Shown in pieces: positions 57,779-64,000 of a stretch of DNA of 64,000 bases. The position numbers and the translations under genes are program-made. The stretch's first letter is position 1, and the number at the start of each line of letters is the position of its first letter. The stretch is from a virus. Below the pieces are notes generated by a model that saw nothing but the letters and a program-made list of their open reading frames with translations, made no database searches and was not told the origin of the DNA. The stretch covers positions 64,001 to 128,000 of the IMG/VR virus record IMGVR_UViG_3300005805_000046; one strand, written 5' to 3'.

Positions 57779-58743
57779 GCTGCAACCAAAATTCACAAAT
57801 ATTTCATGGTGTAGAAACACTTAAAGATAATTTTTATATAACAACTGTTGAGGAAAACTTGAAAGGTTTTCTGGATCATGGATTTTTGCACATTGGGGGG
57901 TTTGTTAACGCCAATATTCCTACTAGTGGTCTGTATACAAGCAGTTTTCATGTTTGTAAACCAACAGACGATCCATCTCGCAGCCCAAATACAGTATGGC
58001 AAACACCAAGAAAAGACTGGGTATGGGAGTCTAATATAGTATATAAAAATACTTCGCCAATTAATATTAGTGGCATCTATATTAATAACAACTTTATTCC
58101 CGGACCAACAGGGAACTCATCCGTATCATATAAATTAGACTATACTAATGGCCAAATTATTTTTAATCAAAGCATCCCCGACAACAGTAAGGTTTCTGTT
58201 GCTCATAGTTATAGATGGTGTCAGATAACTAAGGCTTCTAATAATGACCTATGGAAAAAAATACAACAATTATCGTATCAACCAGATCCTCATATCAACC
58301 AAAAAGATAAAGGTAATTATAATATACTGGCTAATCATAGAATTCAGCTGCCTTCTATTGTTATAGAAACCACAGCCAGAAATAGTTCTCAGCCATACGA
58401 GCTAGGCTCTTTGACCTCTTTTAGATCCCAAGACATACTGCTACATGTTTATACCGAGAACGTTAATGATGCCAATACTATTTTGGATATTTTAAGATTA
58501 CAACAAGATAAAGTTATCATATTATATGATCTTAATAAAGTTATTAGTTCTGGGCTGTACGGATTAATGTCCGATGGTTCTAGAAATACTAATGGATTAA
58601 ATTATGGTCAATTAATTTCGGATCCTGCTCTTGAGTGGAACAGGATGCTTATAAAAGATATTAGCTTTGTAGATATGCAAAAAAATAGCACATCCGATTT
58701 TGTTTGGTGTATGATTAGATTAACATCTGAAATTATCGTTTAG
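57775..58743 (+). CDS. putative tail terminator protein
   Basis: LPSIVIE motif; precedes tail tube gene. Confidence 0.5.
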   Translation: MSCNQNSQIFHGVETLKDNFYITTVEENLKGFLDHGFLHIGGFVNANIPTSGLYTSSFHVCKPTDDPSRSPNTVWQTPRKDWVWESNIVYKNTSPINISGIYINNNFIPGPTGNSSVSYKLDYTNGQIIFNQSIPDNSKVSVAHSYRWCQITKASNNDLWKKIQQLSYQPDPHINQKDKGNYNILANHRIQLPSIVIETTARNSSQPYELGSLTSFRSQDILLHVYTENVNDANTILDILRLQQDKVIILYDLNKVISSGLYGLMSDGSRNTNGLNYGQLISDPALEWNRMLIKDISFVDMQKNSTSDFVWCMIRLTSEIIV

Positions 58744-58775
58744 TTCAAAAAATACAACGTGAAGGGTAAAATACC

Positions 58776-59840
58776 ATGGCCAATAATCGTATTTTCTATG
58801 CCGTACAAGCTGTCAAGGTTAAACCATGCAAGACTACCAATGGTGTCACGACATATGGTTCGGAAAGGGTTTTGAAGGGTGTTCAGAGCGTTGGCATGTC
58901 AACCAATTTTAGTTTAGAGCAAATCTATCAGCTTGGCCAGCTCGAACTTTATGATAACGTAGAAGAAGTACCAGAGGTAGAAGTTACACTTAATAAGGTG
59001 CTAGACGGCACTCGTACACTATACAATTCAGCCTTAGACGGTAACGTGGCCAACAGCAGTAATAACCTTGGTCTAACAGAGATTGCTGATCGTAGATGCG
59101 ATCTTGCTATCGGCATATGGGACGATACAAAAGCCGGAGCTATCAGCGGAGCCGCATACTACGTTGTATGCACTGGTATGTACGTGTCCAGCGTTAGCTA
59201 TAACTTCGTCACAGACGGAAACTTTACAGAAGATCTTACGCTAGTAGGAAATCATAAAAAGTGGAATTTAACAACTGGTGGCGGTATTACTAGTTTTAAT
59301 AGCGGTATTAATAGTCAAGAAGGTCGTAAAGTGGCTAAGAGATGGGCTCTTTCTTCAGACTCTGTTATCCCCAAACAAGCTGCTGGTATGGCTACTAGCG
59401 GAGGAATCAAACTTGGAGATATCCCAGACGCTTCCGGTATTCACTTAACTAGTCTCACTGTATCTTGCAGTCTCGGCAGAGAGTCGATCAATGAGCTTGG
59501 CCGTCGCGCTCCTTACTATAGGTACATCAACTTTCCTGTCGAAGTTACATCGGAACTTGAATTAATCGCTACGCAGGGAGACAACGTTGATGCTGATGAC
59601 TTTAACTCGTTGACCGGATGCTCCGCTGCTGCTGCTTCTAACCTATACAACGGCGAGATGAAACTCGTTGTTTGCGACACGAATCTTTCCAACGGATCTC
59701 AGGCATACGTGATCGATCTTGGAGACAAGAACAAACTCACGTCTGTTAACTATACTGGTGGAGATACTGGCGGTGGTAATGCTAGCATTACATATAGCTT
59801 CCAAACTTTCAATACCTTTAAAGTTAGTGGCGTTGCTTGA
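58776..59840 (+). CDS. major tail (tube) protein
   Basis: GVQSVG, EQIYQLG, ESINELG duplicated tube-like motifs. Confidence 0.7.
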   Translation: MANNRIFYAVQAVKVKPCKTTNGVTTYGSERVLKGVQSVGMSTNFSLEQIYQLGQLELYDNVEEVPEVEVTLNKVLDGTRTLYNSALDGNVANSSNNLGLTEIADRRCDLAIGIWDDTKAGAISGAAYYVVCTGMYVSSVSYNFVTDGNFTEDLTLVGNHKKWNLTTGGGITSFNSGINSQEGRKVAKRWALSSDSVIPKQAAGMATSGGIKLGDIPDASGIHLTSLTVSCSLGRESINELGRRAPYYRYINFPVEVTSELELIATQGDNVDADDFNSLTGCSAAAASNLYNGEMKLVVCDTNLSNGSQAYVIDLGDKNKLTSVNYTGGDTGGGNASITYSFQTFNTFKVSGVA

Positions 59841-59877
59841 TAATAGATCTTAGATAGAAGATAACACAGGAGGACAT

Positions 59878-60009
59878 ATGGATCAAGAGGGTATGTTTAC
59901 CTTAATAGGTAAACTATATGTAGATATAGTTAATGCTCAAAGAATCATAGAAGCTTTACAAAAAAAACTGCAGGAAAAAGAAGCAAGACCACACACGGAC
60001 AATCCATAG
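59878..60009 (+). CDS. 43-aa hypothetical protein, not in ORF track
   Basis: AGGAGG RBS; MDQEGMFTLIGKLY. Confidence 0.6.
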   Translation: MDQEGMFTLIGKLYVDIVNAQRIIEALQKKLQEKEARPHTDNP

Positions 60010-60026
60010 GACTATTTAGATGATTA

Positions 60027-61061
60027 ATGGTATATAATGACAATATACAATTATTAATTTATAGAATTTCATTAGGAAAACTTATTTTTGAGTATCAAAA
60101 TCAAAAATATTGTTTTATACACGCTTCTCCTGAACTAAAATACGAAGCAGAACTAATCTATAATTCTGTGATAGAAGAAAATCTATTTGATCCTTGGATA
60201 CGCAAAGAATCTATTCCCATGTTTTTAAAAAAAATGGACATATGGGAGGAAGAAGACGACAACATACTAAAACAAACAGAAAAAAAGTTAGAAAATACCA
60301 AAGTGCTACTCTATCAAAACAGACTAAATAAAAGTAAAATTGCTAGTATAAAAAAAGACATAGAAAATCTTAAAAACAACATTAATAAACTATTTACCAA
60401 AAAACATTCGTTTGACTATATTACCCTTGAAGAGTATGCCAACGGAAAGAAAAATGAATTTCTTTATGTTAATAGTATAAGATACTTGAATACAAATAAA
60501 CTAGTATTTAATAAAAACCTAAACAAAGTATACTATAATCATTTTATAGAAATTACTAATGAAATTATGAATTATTTTATTACTGTCGAACAATATAAAA
60601 AAATAGCTAGAAGCGAAACCTGGAAAACAATGTGGAATGGAAATAAATACAATGTTTTTCATAGATCGGCGTCTGAATTGACTGACGAACAAAAAAGTTT
60701 ACTAAATATTAGTACCATGTATGATCGAATATACGAGCATCCAGAAGCGCCAGAAGAAAATATTATCGAAGACGACGATATGCTCGAAGGTTGGATGATT
60801 TATCAAAAAAGAAAGTCAGAAGAATCCAATAAGGAAAATAAAACACAAGACATTTTAACTAAACACGGAAACGCTAAAGAAATTTATGTTGTTGGAGATA
60901 GAGATGATCTAGATTCGATACACTCCCTCAACTCCACGCAGTCTGCTCAAATTTTAAACCAAAGAAAACAACAAATACTAAATTCCAAAGAGGGTGTGGA
61001 CGAGGTGAACTTATCGGACGTACAAAATGAACTATTAAATAGAGTAAACTCAAGAAGATAA
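60027..61061 (+). CDS. hypothetical protein, possible tail assembly factor
   Basis: YDRIYEHPEAP....IEDDD; position. Confidence 0.55.
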   Translation: MVYNDNIQLLIYRISLGKLIFEYQNQKYCFIHASPELKYEAELIYNSVIEENLFDPWIRKESIPMFLKKMDIWEEEDDNILKQTEKKLENTKVLLYQNRLNKSKIASIKKDIENLKNNINKLFTKKHSFDYITLEEYANGKKNEFLYVNSIRYLNTNKLVFNKNLNKVYYNHFIEITNEIMNYFITVEQYKKIARSETWKTMWNGNKYNVFHRSASELTDEQKSLLNISTMYDRIYEHPEAPEENIIEDDDMLEGWMIYQKRKSEESNKENKTQDILTKHGNAKEIYVVGDRDDLDSIHSLNSTQSAQILNQRKQQILNSKEGVDEVNLSDVQNELLNRVNSRR

Positions 61062-61071
61062 AGGATCGTTT

Positions 61072-61377
61072 ATGGATAAAAATTTAATCATTCAAATGGC
61101 CACAAAAAGACTAGAAACTACAATGATAGGGGCTTTATCTAAATTTGAAAATGTTTTTGGTTATTTATGGGGTCAACATAAATATCATGATGAACAACTT
61201 ACGGATAAAGAACTACATTTTGATAATATGTGGCAGGATGTTAGGAATAATATTCTAAATCACGGTAATCAGCAAATAAGAGCACTTGGAAACGACATAT
61301 CTAAAATTCTGTCAGATAGGCCACAAACCAGATACAATTATAAATTTCGCGTAGATCCACAAGACCAAGGAGAATAG
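61072..61377 (+). CDS. hypothetical protein
   Basis: ORF with RBS. Confidence 0.6.
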   Translation: MDKNLIIQMATKRLETTMIGALSKFENVFGYLWGQHKYHDEQLTDKELHFDNMWQDVRNNILNHGNQQIRALGNDISKILSDRPQTRYNYKFRVDPQDQGE

Positions 61378-61378
61378 T

Positions 61379-62266
61379 ATGAAAACAAGAGACTTTACGG
61401 CTACAGTAGATAACAAAGAGGTCGAGTTCACAGTTCGTTCGCCATCTCTAAACGACCAAAGAGAAGCCCAAAAGGTTTATAATCAGGCATTTACCGATGC
61501 CATCAAGAGTAAAAGCGTCGTAAGAGCCAAGCTAGACGATTTACTCAGAGAACAGGGTCTTTGGAGCGACGAAAAACAGGCCGAATTCGCTGCCCTGCAA
61601 AAACAATTAATAGACGGAGAAAAAAGATTGGCCAAGGGAGGTTTTGCTATTAATGAGGCTAAAAAGCTCGCTTTAGAGATGCAAGACTTAAGAGGCAAAA
61701 TTAAAGATTTAATAGGTATTAGAACCTCTTTGGATAACCATAGTGCAGAAGGTCAGGCTGATAATGCTAGGTTTAATTATTTAGTATCAGCATGTGTGGT
61801 GTATAAGAATACCGATACAAAATATTTCCAGTCATTGGAAGACTACCTCAACAAAGCTGACGATCCGGTTGCGCTACTTGGTGCTCAGAATTTGGCCAAT
61901 ATGATTTATGGATTGGATAATAATTTTGAAAAAAACTTACCAGAAAATAAATTTTTACACAGATATAAATTTGTAGACGATCAACTACGACTGATAGATA
62001 AAAAGGGTAGGCTTGTAGACCAGGAAGGTAGATTGGTTGATGAAGATGGTAGATTCATAGATGAGCAGGGTAATTTTATTGATAAAGAAGGCAATAGGGT
62101 AGATCCAACAGGAGAATATCTCTTTGAAACACAACCATTCTTGGACGAAGAAGGAAATCCAATCTTACTCTCGCAAGAGGAAAAACCTCCTATTTCAACA
62201 AGTAAGCCAATATTGGAGAAGCCTAGCTCAGAGCTTGCTTCTACAGATTCGTTGCCTAGCGAATAA
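61379..62266 (+). CDS. putative tail assembly chaperone with DxxG heptad repeats
   Basis: Directly upstream of TMP. Confidence 0.55.
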   Translation: MKTRDFTATVDNKEVEFTVRSPSLNDQREAQKVYNQAFTDAIKSKSVVRAKLDDLLREQGLWSDEKQAEFAALQKQLIDGEKRLAKGGFAINEAKKLALEMQDLRGKIKDLIGIRTSLDNHSAEGQADNARFNYLVSACVVYKNTDTKYFQSLEDYLNKADDPVALLGAQNLANMIYGLDNNFEKNLPENKFLHRYKFVDDQLRLIDKKGRLVDQEGRLVDEDGRFIDEQGNFIDKEGNRVDPTGEYLFETQPFLDEEGNPILLSQEEKPPISTSKPILEKPSSELASTDSLPSE

Positions 62267-62345
62267 TAACTTTAGCGATTTTTACATTGTTACACATAGC
62301 CATTCCGTTGGGATGGCTTTGTGTATTTATACGGAGCTACGATAA

Positions 62346-64000
62346 ATGGCAAGAGGGTTTAATCTTACAGCAGAATTAAATTTACGAGGCCCTAATAATA
62401 TTAGACCTATCGTAGCTAATATACGTAGGCAGCTTAGTGATATTAATGTAGACGTTGGCGTTAGAGTTAACCCCAATACGAATAGAGACATAGCGTCTAT
62501 ACAACAGTCTCTAACCAGACTCAACGCTACTCTTCAACAAACACAAACAGCCGCAACGGCCGCCTCTAATAGTTTGGCTAATTTAAGCAGAAACGCCGCA
62601 GCATTTAATAACGTCGCAAATAATTTGCCCAGGACATTAAATAATGCCACAGCCGCTGCTAACAATGCTACAAATACTATGCGTCAGATGAATAGAAATA
62701 CGCAACAGGCCGCTGATGGCTTCGAGGCTTTCGGAAGACAGTCCGCACTTGCTATCAGAAGATTCGCAGCCTTCGCTACTGTGACAGGATTGATTTATAA
62801 GTTTACTAATGCTGTTGGTACGGCCACGTCAGAATTCATTGACTTTAACAAAGAATTAGTTAGAGTTGCCCAGGTTACAGATTCTTCGTTGAGTCAGTTG
62901 GCTCCTCTGGTTAAAACCATATCAGCATTGTCTACTGGTCTAGGTGTAACTTCTAGAGAATTAATTACAGTGTCTAGTACTTTAGCTCAGGCTGGTTTAA
63001 GTGCTAGAGACACCGAAAAAGCACTTAAGGCATTAGCCCTAAGTTCGCTCGCCCCATCCTTTGATAGTTTGAATGAGACCGTAGAAGGATCTATTGCTCT
63101 TATGAGACAGTTTGGTATTGGAGCCGGGGACTTGGAGAGCGCGTTGGGGTCTGTGAATGCTGTTGCTGCTAAGTTTGCAGTAGAAGCATCCGACTTGATT
63201 ACCGCTATTCAGCGTACCGGCGGTGTGTTTGCTGCTGCTAGCAAAGGAGTCAGCGAAGGAAAAGATGCGCTCAATGAGTTTTTGGCTGTCTTTACCAGTG
63301 TTAGACAAACTACGAGAGAAAGCGCAGAAACTATCGCTACTGGTTTGCGTACTATTTTTACCAGAATTCAAAGAGCAGATACTATAGATGCGCTTAAAGA
63401 GTATGGAGTGGTACTAACAGATTTGACTGGTAAGTTCGTTGGTCCATACGAAGCTGTCAGAAGATTAAGCGAGGGTTTGTCTAAGCTTGATCCACGAGAT
63501 CTTAGATTTTCTAGTATCGTAGAAGAACTTGGTGGATTTAGACAAATTGGTAAGGTTATTCCTCTTATCCAACAGTTCGCCGTCGCTCAACAAGCACTTA
63601 AGGTTGCCCAACAAGGACAAGCATCTCTAGCTAATGATGCGGCTACGGCTCAACTATCTATCGCTAATAGACTTACTAAGGTAAGAGAAGAATTCAATGC
63701 TTTGATTAGATCTTTAGGAGAAAGCTCTACTTTTCAAACGTTCGTTAAGCTTTCATTAGATTTAGCAAGCGCGTTAATCAAGCTTGCTGATTCAGCTAAG
63801 ACAGTTCTACCCGCTCTTACTGCTATTGCTGCATTCAGAGGAGCAGCTGCTATTACCAGATTCGGCGCTGGGTTTGCAGGAGGCTTACGCAGACAAAACG
63901 CTGGAGGTCCAGTTAGAGGATTTGCTTCCGGAGGATACGTTCCAGGAACAGGCAATAGTGATACCGTACCGGCTATGTTAACTCCTGGAGAGTTTGTTAT
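62346..64000 (+). CDS. tape measure protein (TP901-type core), truncated by window edge; not in ORF track
   Basis: MARGFNLTAEL..., LAQAG, IATGLRTIFTR, FASGGYVPGTGNSDTVPAMLTPGEFV. Confidence 0.9.
   Translation, partial: MARGFNLTAELNLRGPNNIRPIVANIRRQLSDINVDVGVRVNPNTNRDIASIQQSLTRLNATLQQTQTAATAASNSLANLSRNAAAFNNVANNLPRTLNNATAAANNATNTMRQMNRNTQQAADGFEAFGRQSALAIRRFAAFATVTGLIYKFTNAVGTATSEFIDFNKELVRVAQVTDSSLSQLAPLVKTISALSTGLGVTSRELITVSSTLAQAGLSARDTEKALKALALSSLAPSFDSLNETVEGSIALMRQFGIGAGDLESALGSVNAVAAKFAVEASDLITAIQRTGGVFAAASKGVSEGKDALNEFLAVFTSVRQTTRESAETIATGLRTIFTRIQRADTIDALKEYGVVLTDLTGKFVGPYEAVRRLSEGLSKLDPRDLRFSSIVEELGGFRQIGKVIPLIQQFAVAQQALKVAQQGQASLANDAATAQLSIANRLTKVREEFNALIRSLGESSTFQTFVKLSLDLASALIKLADSAKTVLPALTAIAAFRGAAAITRFGAGFAGGLRRQNAGGPVRGFASGGYVPGTGNSDTVPAMLTPGEFV

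Noticed and set aside
63039-63981. Short ORFs at the window end
   Set aside because: They lie within the tape measure frame starting at 62346, which the track omitted because it has no stop in the window.
1-64000. DGR, retron, integrase or transposase
   Set aside because: No reverse transcriptase, recombinase or transposase motifs recognised in any ORF of this window.

Overview
This is a 64-kb segment of a large, AT-rich tailed dsDNA phage using the standard genetic code. The host is most likely in the Planctomycetota, inferred from an LEPRxLL-type subtilase, a PEP-CTERM protein and small Cys-rich secreted proteins. 1-44.5 kb is transcribed almost entirely on the minus strand. It carries DNA metabolism and repair genes (ATP-dependent ligase, OGG-like glycosylase, Endo VII, UvsE, ThyX, deaminase), tmRNA, 9 tRNAs and many small early genes. 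From 44.6 kb the plus strand carries a sigma factor, the packaging module (with gmd, an HNH and an ERCC4 nuclease embedded), head and tail genes, and the start of the tape measure gene, which runs off the window. The most unusual structure is in 25.2-41.9 kb. This region is divided into short gene or RNA units by 15 complete copies (plus partial ones) of an exactly 82-bp element: two 29-bp 11-7-11 palindromes joined by a 24-bp linker. Most copies sit in helical phase upstream of an overlapping sigma70-like plus sigma28-like promoter. Inside these units are three promoter-driven structured ncRNA candidates, a tRNA mimic with no anticodon arm, a second fixed-length 46-bp motif and very acidic small proteins. 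All calls were made by eye and no searches were run.
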